DNA of 64,000 nt, taken from assembly GCA_029548865.1 (NCBI GenBank), contig JAKPMO010000007.1:30264-94263 (forward strand), read 5' to 3'. The notes under the pieces are model-generated. The model saw nothing but the letters and a program-made list of their open reading frames with translations. It had not been told where the DNA came from and made no database searches. This DNA is from Caldisericota bacterium (GTDB taxonomy: Bacteria > Caldisericota > Caldisericia > JAAYUI01). The translations under genes and the position numbers were made by a program. How positions within the stretch are numbered: position 1 is the first letter of the stretch; each line of letters starts with the position of its first letter. Below are positions 29,533 to 38,977 of the stretch, piece after piece.

Positions 29533-29669
29533 GTTTTTATTATAAACAAATATACATTTTTTAAAAGCGCGTATCACATCACTGATATCAATAATTCTCT
29601 TGAATTTTCATGCTGTTTACCCAAGAAATTGGTAATCTTTGATTGTATGAAATCTACAAATATTTTTTC

Positions 29670-30281
29670 CTAAGCCTTCTCCACTGGCTGTCTGATGGCA
29701 GTCCTCAGCTTCGCAGGGTCGGCCTTCCTGGGGTCACCGAGGTATATCTCGTGGTGTTTGCCGCGTGGCTTCATTCCGCCTCTGTCAATGAATTCGTGGA
29801 GCGCAGCTATTGTTGGCCCCTCGGCAGAATACGGCCCGATGTACATTATCTGGGCCGACGGCCCCTCCCTGAACGCCTCAAACCTTGCCTTCCCAAGTGA
29901 CGGGTTGGGCTTTTTCTTTTTCACCTCGGAGAGCGTTGCTTCATAATGCTCCCTTGTGATGAAATCCGGTTGCATGATCATGGCCGTCCAGAGCCAGTTT
30001 GATTTGTTCCCCTCCAGAAAGTCGTCCATGTTTTCAGCCCACCACAGGCCCTCCAGCACCATGACCGTGTAGTCCTTTTCCAGCACTTTTTTGGCCATGA
30101 ACTTGAGGGTGTAGGAGAGCGAATAGAGCACCTGCATGGCGTTCTGGTATTCCTCGGACGTGTTCGGGTCGCCCTTTCCGTCCACCATGATGAAGTTGAA
30201 TTGCGGAACTTCCACCATCACCGGCGTTTTTGGCGGGTTGTAGAGGCCCGCAAGCTGTTTTTTGAGGTCGATTTTTTCCAC
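29670..30281 (-). CDS. GyrI-like small-molecule-binding domain protein
   Basis: GTG start with GGAAGGAG upstream. 'MVEVPQFNFIMVDGKGDP...' is the typical GyrI-like beta-alpha repeat. Confidence 0.5.
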   Translation of the reverse strand: MEKIDLKKQLAGLYNPPKTPVMVEVPQFNFIMVDGKGDPNTSEEYQNAMQVLYSLSYTLKFMAKKVLEKDYTVMVLEGLWWAENMDDFLEGNKSNWLWTAMIMQPDFITREHYEATLSEVKKKKPNPSLGKARFEAFREGPSAQIMYIGPYSAEGPTIAALHEFIDRGGMKPRGKHHEIYLGDPRKADPAKLRTAIRQPVEKA

Positions 30282-30371
30282 TGGTTGTTTGCTCCTTCCC
30301 AAGCCAACAGCAACTGTTGTCTTCAGGATTATATAATCCTGAAGACAACCTGGCAATAATCGCCTAAAATT

Positions 30372-32996
30372 CTACTTCTCCGGATACTTCTTTATGAACC
30401 AGGTTTTTACTACCTGAGTGAGCACGACATAGCACACCAGCATTGCGAAAACGATTGGCCAGTAGAGCGGCGGCAGGCCAACAAGGCCAAGGGTCCCTGC
30501 AAGAGCTGAATATGGGAGGTATATGCCCGTCAGGGCGATGACAATCGAGGTGATCGTGAGGGGAAGGCTGGCCCTGCTTTGCAAGAATGGCACCTTGTTG
30601 GTCCTGATGACGTGTATGATAAGTGTCTGGGTCAAAAGCGACTCTACAAACCAACCCGTTCTGAAGAGCTCCGGCTTCCCGAGTCCGCCAAAAATAAATA
30701 TCATCACAAAAAATGTCAGATAATCAAATATCGAGCTGATCGGCCCGATGAAAATAATGAATTGCCTGATGCTGCCTATGGTCCATTTCCTTGGCTTCTG
30801 GATCCATTCCTCGTCCACCTTGTCTGTTGGTATGGCTGTCTGTGAAAAATCATAAAGAAGGTTGTTTGTGAGGATTTGGATGGGCAACAGTGGGAGGAAG
30901 GGAATGAAGAAGCTGGCACCCAAGATGCTGAACATGTTTCCAAAATTGGACGAAGCGGCCATTTTTATGTATTTGATTATGTTTCCGAAGACCCTCCTGC
31001 CCTCTATTAGTCCATCCTGAAGAACAGTGAGGCTCTCACCAAGCAGGATGATGTCCGAGGATTCCTTTGCAATATCAACAGCAGTGTCCACCGATATTCC
31101 CACGTCTGCGGCCTTGAGGGCTGGTGCGTCGTTGATGCCATCACCCATGAAACCGACGACATGGCCTTTTTTCTTCAGGATTGTTATGATGCGCTCTTTG
31201 TGCGATGGGGCAAGTTTTGCAAACACATTTGTTTTTTCCACAATCTCGACGAGCTGGGATTCGTCCATCTCTTCGAGCTGGCTGCCAAGAACGATTGAGC
31301 CAGTTTCCAGCCCGACCTGGGAGCATATTTTCTTGCTTACAAGATCGTTGTCACCCGTGAGGATTTTTACGCTGACCCCGAGGTCCCTGAGGTCTTTTAT
31401 GGCCTGCTTTGCCGTTACCTTTGGCGGGTCGAGGAAGGTGAGAAAACCAAGGAGGGTCATTTCCTGCTCGTCAGAGACACAATAAGCCTCCTGGCGTTTT
31501 GGCATTTCCCTGTATGCCAACCCAAGCGCCCTGAAACCGTTTGAATTTGACCACTCGACAAGTTCTTTTGCCTTTTGCATGTGTTCCTGGCCAAGTTTTT
31601 CAACCACACCCTGGGTCTGGATCTGTGTGCACACAGAAAATATTTCTTCTACGGCACCCTTGCATATTATGATTTGCTTGCCGGAGGCGTCTTCAACGAC
31701 AACTGACATTCGCCTTCTCACAAAATCAAAAGGTATCTCATCAACCTTTTTGAAATTTTCCTTTACATGGAGCCTTTCCTCGATTTCGGTGTGTTCAAGC
31801 ACGGCCTGGTCAAGCATGCTCTTGAGGCCAGTCTGATGGTAGCTGTTCAAAAAACCATATTCGAGCACCTCGTCAGACTCTTCCCCATCAACATCAAGAT
31901 GTTGTTCCAGCACGACCCTTCCCTGGGTTATTGTCCCAGTTTTGTCGGTACAAAGCACATCCATTGCGCCAAGGTTCTGGATTGAGCCAAGCTTTTTTAC
32001 TATCACGTGTTTCCTGGACATCGAGATAGCACCATTTGAAAGATTGACAGTAACAATCATCGGAAGCATTTCCGGGGTCAGACCAACGGCAACCGATACC
32101 GAGAAAAGGAAAGCCTCCAGCCAGTTTCCCTTGCCAAAAAAATTGACCAGAAACACCAGAGGTACAAGAAATGCCATAAAACCTATCATCAGCCATGTGA
32201 TCTGTGATATTCCTTTGTCAAAATTGGTCTTCTGCTCTGACTGGGAAACACTCTTTGCAAGATTGCCAAAAAAGGTGTCAAAACCTGTTGTTGCAACCAC
32301 AGCCAAAGCGGTACCGCTTTCGATGTTTGTTCCCATGAAACAAATATTGCTGAATTCAAGAGGATTTTTTGTTGAACCCTTCTCGCTGGCAGGAAATTTT
32401 TCAACTGGCAATGCCTCTCCTGTCAATGTGGCCTGGTTTAAAAAGAGGTCTTTTGCCTGCAAAATTCTGACATCAGCCGGGACAATGTCTCCGGCAGATA
32501 ATTTGATGATGTCACCAGGAACGAGATTGCTGAGCTTTACCTCTTCAGATTTGCCTTCACGAATGACAGTTGAAGTAGTTTGGACCATCGCTTTAAGTGC
32601 TTCCACGGCCCTGTCTGCCTTGAGTTCCTGGAAAAATTTGAGGCTCACGCCAAGGATGACCATGATTATCATCATGTAGGCTGATTTCATGTCCTTAATG
32701 AACAGGGAGACAACTGAAAGGCCAAGAAGCAAAACTACAAGAGGATTGTAGAATGCTTTGAAAAGCTTTTTTACCCAGCTTTGTTTGCGTTCGACAACAG
32801 CTTCGTTGGGCCCATATTCCTTTAATCTGTCTCTGGCCTCATAGTTATGAAGACCAATCTCAATGTTTGAATCAAGGAGATCAAGAAGATCCAATGATTC
32901 AAGCGTTGCCGCCTGTGTTAGCCTTTCCAAAGCTTTTGGCGGCATCTGATAATTGTTTGCTGTTTTCTTGCCGATTGGAAGAACGAAGTTCGCCAT
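30372..32996 (-). CDS. mgtA: P-type ATPase, Mg2+-importing MgtA-type
   Basis: 'CTDKTGTITQG', 'GDGINDAPALKAADVGISV', 'TGDNDLVSKKICSQVGL', 'NLLYD'. Ten TM segments. 874 aa. Confidence 0.75.
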   Translation of the reverse strand: MANFVLPIGKKTANNYQMPPKALERLTQAATLESLDLLDLLDSNIEIGLHNYEARDRLKEYGPNEAVVERKQSWVKKLFKAFYNPLVVLLLGLSVVSLFIKDMKSAYMMIIMVILGVSLKFFQELKADRAVEALKAMVQTTSTVIREGKSEEVKLSNLVPGDIIKLSAGDIVPADVRILQAKDLFLNQATLTGEALPVEKFPASEKGSTKNPLEFSNICFMGTNIESGTALAVVATTGFDTFFGNLAKSVSQSEQKTNFDKGISQITWLMIGFMAFLVPLVFLVNFFGKGNWLEAFLFSVSVAVGLTPEMLPMIVTVNLSNGAISMSRKHVIVKKLGSIQNLGAMDVLCTDKTGTITQGRVVLEQHLDVDGEESDEVLEYGFLNSYHQTGLKSMLDQAVLEHTEIEERLHVKENFKKVDEIPFDFVRRRMSVVVEDASGKQIIICKGAVEEIFSVCTQIQTQGVVEKLGQEHMQKAKELVEWSNSNGFRALGLAYREMPKRQEAYCVSDEQEMTLLGFLTFLDPPKVTAKQAIKDLRDLGVSVKILTGDNDLVSKKICSQVGLETGSIVLGSQLEEMDESQLVEIVEKTNVFAKLAPSHKERIITILKKKGHVVGFMGDGINDAPALKAADVGISVDTAVDIAKESSDIILLGESLTVLQDGLIEGRRVFGNIIKYIKMAASSNFGNMFSILGASFFIPFLPLLPIQILTNNLLYDFSQTAIPTDKVDEEWIQKPRKWTIGSIRQFIIFIGPISSIFDYLTFFVMIFIFGGLGKPELFRTGWFVESLLTQTLIIHVIRTNKVPFLQSRASLPLTITSIVIALTGIYLPYSALAGTLGLVGLPPLYWPIVFAMLVCYVVLTQVVKTWFIKKYPEK

Positions 32997-33078
32997 CTTG
33001 ACCTCACAGGTATGACAAAATATTTGGCCCTGGTTTGCACCAAGGCCAAAACCGTTGGATCAGATTGTGTTTGGAGTT

Positions 33079-33516
33079 TTATTGGTTCAGATTTTGTCTC
33101 TGAAACCTGGAAATGGTCTCCAAAATTCCTTCGCTTGTCGAATGAGCATCAGCAAAATGGCTCTTTGCTTCATTGTTGCAGTTCATCGCAACAATTGGCA
33201 TTTGCCTGGTTGCCTTGATTGAGCGTAGTGCTCCTGCGAGCTCGTTGAATGAGCGCTCGTTGTCCCTAGAGTCAATTACCACAACGTCCGGCTGTGTGCT
33301 CTTGATGTTGCTGTAGGCCCTGAAGCTATCTTTAGTTTCCAGTCTGACATTCCAGCCGTTCATGGAAAGTTCCCCCTGGAGTCTTTTTGCTTCCTTTTCG
33401 TCCCAAAGCACAAGAAAAGCATTGCCTTTAGTTTTGTTGTGGAACGCGGTTCTTCCAAAAATAACCGAAAGGATCGGGTTTGTTACCCTGCGGTTTGTGG
33501 TGATGATTTCTTTCAT
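33079..33516 (-). CDS. stand-alone CheY-like receiver-domain protein (atypical)
   Basis: 'LVLWDE...PDVVVIDS...MPIVAMNCNNE' fits a receiver fold. AAAGGAGG sits upstream. It lies first in an operon with mgtA. Confidence 0.4.
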   Translation of the reverse strand: MKEIITTNRRVTNPILSVIFGRTAFHNKTKGNAFLVLWDEKEAKRLQGELSMNGWNVRLETKDSFRAYSNIKSTQPDVVVIDSRDNERSFNELAGALRSIKATRQMPIVAMNCNNEAKSHFADAHSTSEGILETISRFQRQNLNQ

Positions 33517-33790
33517 GCTGCGCCTCCTTTGCCCATAGGCACCAAGGGGCGCGCAAAAACACCTACTTGGAGCTTACGGGCGGTTGTTTGCCACTAGGCA
33601 ACGGGTTTGGGTTATTACTGTTGCTACCGTCCATAATTTTGAATTCTCCTTCTGCTCCTTCTTGGAGCAATACCAATTTAACATCTAGGATGACTTTGTC
33701 AACCAATGCTTTCGAGACAATTTAACCAAAAAGTTTTTACAAAAAACTACGCACTTTAGAGAGTTTCTTGAATATGATTGCCAGGATAGA

Positions 33791-34354
33791 TTACCTCTTG
33801 GCCATGGTTATGCAGGAACAAACATCGGCGCACAAACCACACCCATAGCAATTGTCGCTTGCTATTTCAAGCTTTCCATCTTCCATTTTTCTGGCTTTAA
33901 AATAGCAAACATCAACACATGCGCCACAATCTGTGCACGTGTCCCTGTCTGTCTTTTCTATTGATTGTCCCTTGTCGCAAGCCTCGCCTGGCTCGGTAAA
34001 GTATGCACAACAACAGTCGCAACAGAAACAGATTCCGTCAGTCTCATCAATGACAGATTTTGTTTCCGAGTTCCATTTCCTAAATGGCCTTGTAACAAGA
34101 TGTTTTTCTTCAGCCAAATTAAAGAGTTTTTCAATCTCTTCTTCGTTTAGCTCTCTGACATTCTCTTCAGTCGAGCCATAAGGACCTGCCCAGCAAAGGC
34201 ATACGTCAACCGGTGACCTCTTGCATCCGCTCTCGTTGCCTTTCCTGCATCCACAATCGGAAACCCAGTAATGTTTCTTGCCCTTGGCAATTTCTCTGGC
34301 CTCGCCACGAGTTGTTACATAATGCATTGGCATATCATTATTTTCAGCAGACAT
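33791..34354 (-). CDS. Cys-rich protein with C-terminal 2x[4Fe-4S] ferredoxin domain
   Basis: 'CTDCGACVDVC' and 'CYGCGLCADVC'. Additional N-terminal Cys clusters (CGCRKGNESGC, CFCCDCCC). Confidence 0.55.
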   Translation of the reverse strand: MSAENNDMPMHYVTTRGEAREIAKGKKHYWVSDCGCRKGNESGCKRSPVDVCLCWAGPYGSTEENVRELNEEEIEKLFNLAEEKHLVTRPFRKWNSETKSVIDETDGICFCCDCCCAYFTEPGEACDKGQSIEKTDRDTCTDCGACVDVCYFKARKMEDGKLEIASDNCYGCGLCADVCSCITMAKR

Positions 34355-34853
34355 CTTTATCCTCCAAGAAACCCCAAAGGGTGCATTCTATCATGTTCGG
34401 TGTTGCAAAGGATGCCTTTACAAGCGGCGAATCTTCAGCAACATTTTGGGGGTCATCTATAAATTCGACGCCTCTATCTTTGAGCTTCCTAACAGTCTGG
34501 TCAATCTCTTCAATCATAAAAGCGATTTTTATGGCTCCAGGCGCTGTTGCCCTGTCAGATTCCGCCTTATAGAAGGCAATAAAAAAATCTCTTGCAGGAC
34601 TGGTAAACATTGCATAATCCTGACCCAAGGCGTTGCATACAAAACCAAGAACATCTGTAAAAAACCCAACCTCGGCCTCAAAATCGGACACAAAATACTC
34701 GCAGCATTGCTTCCAGCATGATCCCCATTTAAATGGGAAACCAAACTCAGGCTCACGCCAAAATTTTTCCCAGTCGGCCGGTGATTTTGCGATCTTTGAT
34801 ATTTCTACTCTGCTGGCGCCGTAAATCCTGCATTTCTCAATAAAATTAAGCAT
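34344..34853 (-). CDS. VOC/glyoxalase-family protein
   Basis: Glyoxalase-like beta-alpha-beta repeats. Overlaps the downstream gene by 11 nt. Confidence 0.5.
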   Translation of the reverse strand: MLNFIEKCRIYGASRVEISKIAKSPADWEKFWREPEFGFPFKWGSCWKQCCEYFVSDFEAEVGFFTDVLGFVCNALGQDYAMFTSPARDFFIAFYKAESDRATAPGAIKIAFMIEEIDQTVRKLKDRGVEFIDDPQNVAEDSPLVKASFATPNMIECTLWGFLEDKDVC

Positions 34854-34864
34854 GGTAACCTCAT

Positions 34865-35215
34865 TTATTCGTCTGTAAAGCTGTTGAAATAGATGATGTT
34901 TCCATCAGGATCGACAAGTTTTGCACCCATACTGCCGTCTTTTTCCTGTGTGGCATCAGAAAACATCTCAATTTTCTTTGATTTGAGGTCCTGTGCAATA
35001 GATTTGACATTGCCGCCCAAGAAAGACATGAGGTTTGTTTCAAGATGACCCTGGTAGAGGCCAAGTCTTAGATCACCGCAGCGGAGAACAGCCCATCCTT
35101 TTGCAGGTTCTCCATCTACCCTCTCAAAACCAAGTTTGTGGTAGAAATCCATTGACCTCACAAGGTCGTTCACTTTTAAAGAAAGCTCGAATTCACCAAG
35201 AAAGTTTTCTTCCAT
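34865..35215 (-). CDS. glyoxalase/bleomycin-resistance (VOC) family protein
   Basis: 'SMDFYHKLGFERV...GAKLVDPDGNIIYF', 116 aa. Confidence 0.6.
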   Translation of the reverse strand: MEENFLGEFELSLKVNDLVRSMDFYHKLGFERVDGEPAKGWAVLRCGDLRLGLYQGHLETNLMSFLGGNVKSIAQDLKSKKIEMFSDATQEKDGSMGAKLVDPDGNIIYFNSFTDE

Positions 35216-35338
35216 GTTTCACCAGTAGAATGATACTTGTTTCTGAGAAAATATAAACACCCCGTGTATGCCCACCAGTGTGTGATCCAAAAATTATTCG
35301 CTTTGCAACCACTCTATCCATGAAATGCTGACCCAGTT

Positions 35339-35890
35339 TTACTCACCTATGATCTTTTTCATGTAGATGGCAAACTCGTTACGTGAATCAAGATCATCGT
35401 AGTAATGAAGGTCTATGCCTTCAACTGAAAATCCGCAATGTTTGTAAAAATCAATTGCATCCGCATTTGTATTTTGTGCCTCGCAAACCATGATCCTCAG
35501 ATTTGCCTGTTTGGCCTCTTTCTCAAGCTCCATCATCATGCGAGTGCCAATCCTTTGTCTTCTGTGGCCCTCCTTGACATGGAACTCCCAAATAAATAAA
35601 CTTCTGTTCCAGTCAAGGTTTTCAGCAATAGCCATTCCGACAATCTTGCCCTCGACATACGCACCAATGGAGTATCCTGTTGGCACTATCCTTCTGTAAT
35701 GATCAACCTCATTGGTCAAAAACCATTTCTTTACATAAACTCTTTCAAGTGGAACCAGATCAAGTCTAAATGTTATCTGGTTTTTTGTCTCTGTTTTTTC
35801 AATCGTGTATTTTCTGGTAGAAGTATAACCTACCAAGACACTATTTAGATCTTCCTCACTGAACTGTTCCAGTTTTACTATCTCTGGCAT
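35339..35890 (-). CDS. GNAT N-acetyltransferase (streptothricin-acetyltransferase-like)
   Basis: Start refined to MPEIVKL (35890). 'RRQRIGTRMMMELEKEAK' acetyl-CoA motif. C-terminus resembles STAT-like GNATs. 5' end overlaps the ATPase 3' end. Confidence 0.65.
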   Translation of the reverse strand: MPEIVKLEQFSEEDLNSVLVGYTSTRKYTIEKTETKNQITFRLDLVPLERVYVKKWFLTNEVDHYRRIVPTGYSIGAYVEGKIVGMAIAENLDWNRSLFIWEFHVKEGHRRQRIGTRMMMELEKEAKQANLRIMVCEAQNTNADAIDFYKHCGFSVEGIDLHYYDDLDSRNEFAIYMKKIIGE

Positions 35891-38444
35891 CAAGCCTTCT
35901 TTTCCTGGTCCGAAGCTTTTTGAACACTTCAAACCAAACAACGCTCAGGAGCCCAGCGCACAGGCAAATTAAAATATCGCTGGCGTGAAGTGTAGTAAAC
36001 TTGAAGAGGTTTTGAAGGAATTGAACGTAAAGGACAAGGCCCAAGAAAACAATGGCCCCAAAAAACACCCACCAGAAGGCCTGATTTTTTGTCTTTACTA
36101 TCTCAAAAGCGGCCTTGTTCCACGATCTGTTGACCAGAATAAGCGCAAGGTTGGAGACAACAAGCGTTGTGAAAGTGAGGGTTCTTGCCTCAAACTCGCC
36201 CCTGCCCATTCTTAGGGCAACAAAATTGACCAGCAAGATGACCAGAAGAACACCAACACCTTGGAGGGCACTGAGCATGAATACGCCCGCTCCAAAGAGC
36301 GGTGCATTTGGATTTCTTGGTGGTCTTTTCATGGAGTTCTTTTCCCCCTGTTCAGCCTCAAAAACAATCGAACAGGCTGGGTCAATTACAAGCTCCATAA
36401 ACACGATATGCATTGGTGTAAAAAGTGTCGGCCATTTCAGAAGCACTGGAAGTAATGATATGCCAGCTATTGGAACATGTATTGCAACTATGTATGCAAG
36501 TGCTTTCTGTATGTTCTCGTATATCCTTCGCCCCATTCTCACAGAATCAACGATTGATGAAAAATCATCTTTCAAAAGCACCAATGACGACGCCTCTCTT
36601 GCGACATCGGTACCCCTTCCACCCATTGCAACGCCAATATCTGCGGCCTTTAAGGCTGGAGCATCGTTAACGCCGTCACCTGTCATTGCGACGATCTCGC
36701 CTTTGGCTTTAAGCGCCTGGACAAGCTTCAATTTTTGCTCCGGAACAACCCTGGCAAAGACATTAACCTTGCCAATTCTTTCGTTCAATGCCTCATCGGA
36801 CATCTCGTCAAGTTCATGGCCAGTGATGTATTCACCAGAGTTTTCAAGGCCGATCGATCTTGCAATTTTGCATGCAGTTACTGGATAATCACCGGTGATC
36901 ATTACAACCCTTATGCCTGCCTCATAGCATTCCTTGATTGATTGGGGCACACTCTCCCTGACAGGATCGAAGAAACCAACAAGGCCAAGGAATTCAAAAT
37001 CAAAACCATGCTGAGCTTTTGGCAAACCACCGGGCTCCATGAAATAGGCCCTTGCAACACCAAGAACACGCAGACCTTCTGAGGCCATTTTGAAAACTTG
37101 CGAATTTATATCCTCAACTGCTTGCTTGTCCAAGTGGCACAAATCAGCAATGGCCTCGGGGGCACCCTTTGCGGCAATAACATAACCCCCACCTTTTGTG
37201 GATTTCCACACCTGGGAAATGGCAAATAATTCCTTCGAAAGCGGGTATTCCTGGATAAATTCCCAATCATCATGTAGGTGTTCTGTTCCGCCAAGATGTT
37301 TTGCGCCAAGTTCACGGATTGCCCTGTCCATTGGCTCATAAGGGTTTTTTTCGGAGGCCAGAACAGCAAATTCCACAAGGCTGTGGAAATCCTCGGGCAA
37401 TTCTTTTTCGTTGCCCTTGAGACCAATGATCTCCCCACCAGTCATAAGCTCAACAACAGTCATCTTGTTCTGTGTCAGTGTCCCTGTTTTATCAACACAC
37501 AAAACGGTTGCCGAACCAAGAGTCTCTATCGCTGGCATTTTTCTTGTGAGAACGTCTTTTTTTGACATCCTCCACGCGCCCAGAGCCATGAATATGGTCA
37601 AAACCACTGGAAATTCTTCTGGTAACATTGCCATGGCAAGCGTCAATCCAGCAAGGAGTCCTCCAAGCCAATCGGTTTTTGTGAACCCATACATTGCAAA
37701 AACAACAATGCAGAGGGCTAAGCCAAAGAAAGCAACATTCCTGACCAGTCTTGAGATTTCATGCTGAAGTCTTGTGTCATCATTCTTGTCAAGCTTCTGC
37801 AATGCCTTGCCAATTTTTCCTATTTCGGTGTTGGAGCCCGTTGATTTTGTGATTGCCACTCCTTGGCCTGAAACAACAAGCGTTCCAGAGAAAATATAAG
37901 GCTGATCATCACCACCAGGCTTGCCCATCAGCTCGTCTTCATTATCGCAATTTGTTTTTCTCACAGGAACTGATTCGCCAGTCAAGAGCGATTCGTCGAC
38001 AGTTAGGTTTATGCACGATATTAAAATACAGTCTGCTGGAACCCTGTCGCCCTCCTGGAGAATGAGGAAATCACCCCTTACGACATCTCTTCCTGCGATC
38101 CTCTGCTGTGCACCATTCCTTATTACCAGCGCCCTTGGGCTGGAAAGATCACGAAGGGCCTCAAGCGCCCTCTCGGTTTTCTTTTCCTGGAAAATTGTTA
38201 TTCCCATAACAACAAATACAAAGAAAAGGAGCATGAAAGCTTCTTGGCGATCGCCAAGAAGAAGGTATATGGTCCCGCAAGAGACAAGAAGGAGAAACAT
38301 CGGTTCCTTGATGACTTCAAAGATAATGACAAAAATACTGCGTCTTTTAGAAGATGGCAACTCATTTGGCCCGTCAGTTGCCAGTCTTTCTGCGGCCTCT
38401 TCCTGCGAAAGTCCTCTTAATTTAGTTATGTCTATATAAGACAC
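35856..38444 (-). CDS. P-type ATPase, Ca2+-transporting (type IIA)
   Basis: 'CVDKTGTLTQN', 'TGDGVNDAPALKAADIGVAMG', 'VITGDYPVTA', 'PEGLP'-like. 862 aa. Confidence 0.85.
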   Translation of the reverse strand: MSYIDITKLRGLSQEEAAERLATDGPNELPSSKRRSIFVIIFEVIKEPMFLLLVSCGTIYLLLGDRQEAFMLLFFVFVVMGITIFQEKKTERALEALRDLSSPRALVIRNGAQQRIAGRDVVRGDFLILQEGDRVPADCILISCINLTVDESLLTGESVPVRKTNCDNEDELMGKPGGDDQPYIFSGTLVVSGQGVAITKSTGSNTEIGKIGKALQKLDKNDDTRLQHEISRLVRNVAFFGLALCIVVFAMYGFTKTDWLGGLLAGLTLAMAMLPEEFPVVLTIFMALGAWRMSKKDVLTRKMPAIETLGSATVLCVDKTGTLTQNKMTVVELMTGGEIIGLKGNEKELPEDFHSLVEFAVLASEKNPYEPMDRAIRELGAKHLGGTEHLHDDWEFIQEYPLSKELFAISQVWKSTKGGGYVIAAKGAPEAIADLCHLDKQAVEDINSQVFKMASEGLRVLGVARAYFMEPGGLPKAQHGFDFEFLGLVGFFDPVRESVPQSIKECYEAGIRVVMITGDYPVTACKIARSIGLENSGEYITGHELDEMSDEALNERIGKVNVFARVVPEQKLKLVQALKAKGEIVAMTGDGVNDAPALKAADIGVAMGGRGTDVAREASSLVLLKDDFSSIVDSVRMGRRIYENIQKALAYIVAIHVPIAGISLLPVLLKWPTLFTPMHIVFMELVIDPACSIVFEAEQGEKNSMKRPPRNPNAPLFGAGVFMLSALQGVGVLLVILLVNFVALRMGRGEFEARTLTFTTLVVSNLALILVNRSWNKAAFEIVKTKNQAFWWVFFGAIVFLGLVLYVQFLQNLFKFTTLHASDILICLCAGLLSVVWFEVFKKLRTRKRRLDARDSKTGTVQ

Positions 38445-38977
38445 TGCTCCTCCTGGGGGCTTTGGATTCGGATTTTGTTAGAGGCTGCCCTAGCTCTGCC
38501 TTGCATTTATAACAGCTTAAAAATTTTAAACCATTTCAATTGCGAGTCAACTTTCAATATTAAAACAACAAACATCGCAAAATACAGCACATTTTATTAT
38601 TGAGATTAATTTGAAATAACAGCACTGGATGTTTTACAAATCGTATGGCACAAAAAAGATCCACGAATCAACCATGTAGAACCAAAAACATGACCAATAA
38701 GTAATTTGAAATATAATTTAATCAATTTTTATAGCTATAAATTGTGTTTTACCTAATTAATATCCAATATATTATTATTTAGATACAAATATCATTTTTT
38801 GATTTAATATGAGATAATAAATCTATTAGAAATGATATAATTCTATTTTTATATTTTTAAGACTACTAATATGCATTAAATAGCCATTTTATTAATAAAT
38901 ATGCTTATTAATAACTTAATATGCTCTCTAACGCACAAATTATATCTTTATTCTAAATAATAATATATTTGATGATA

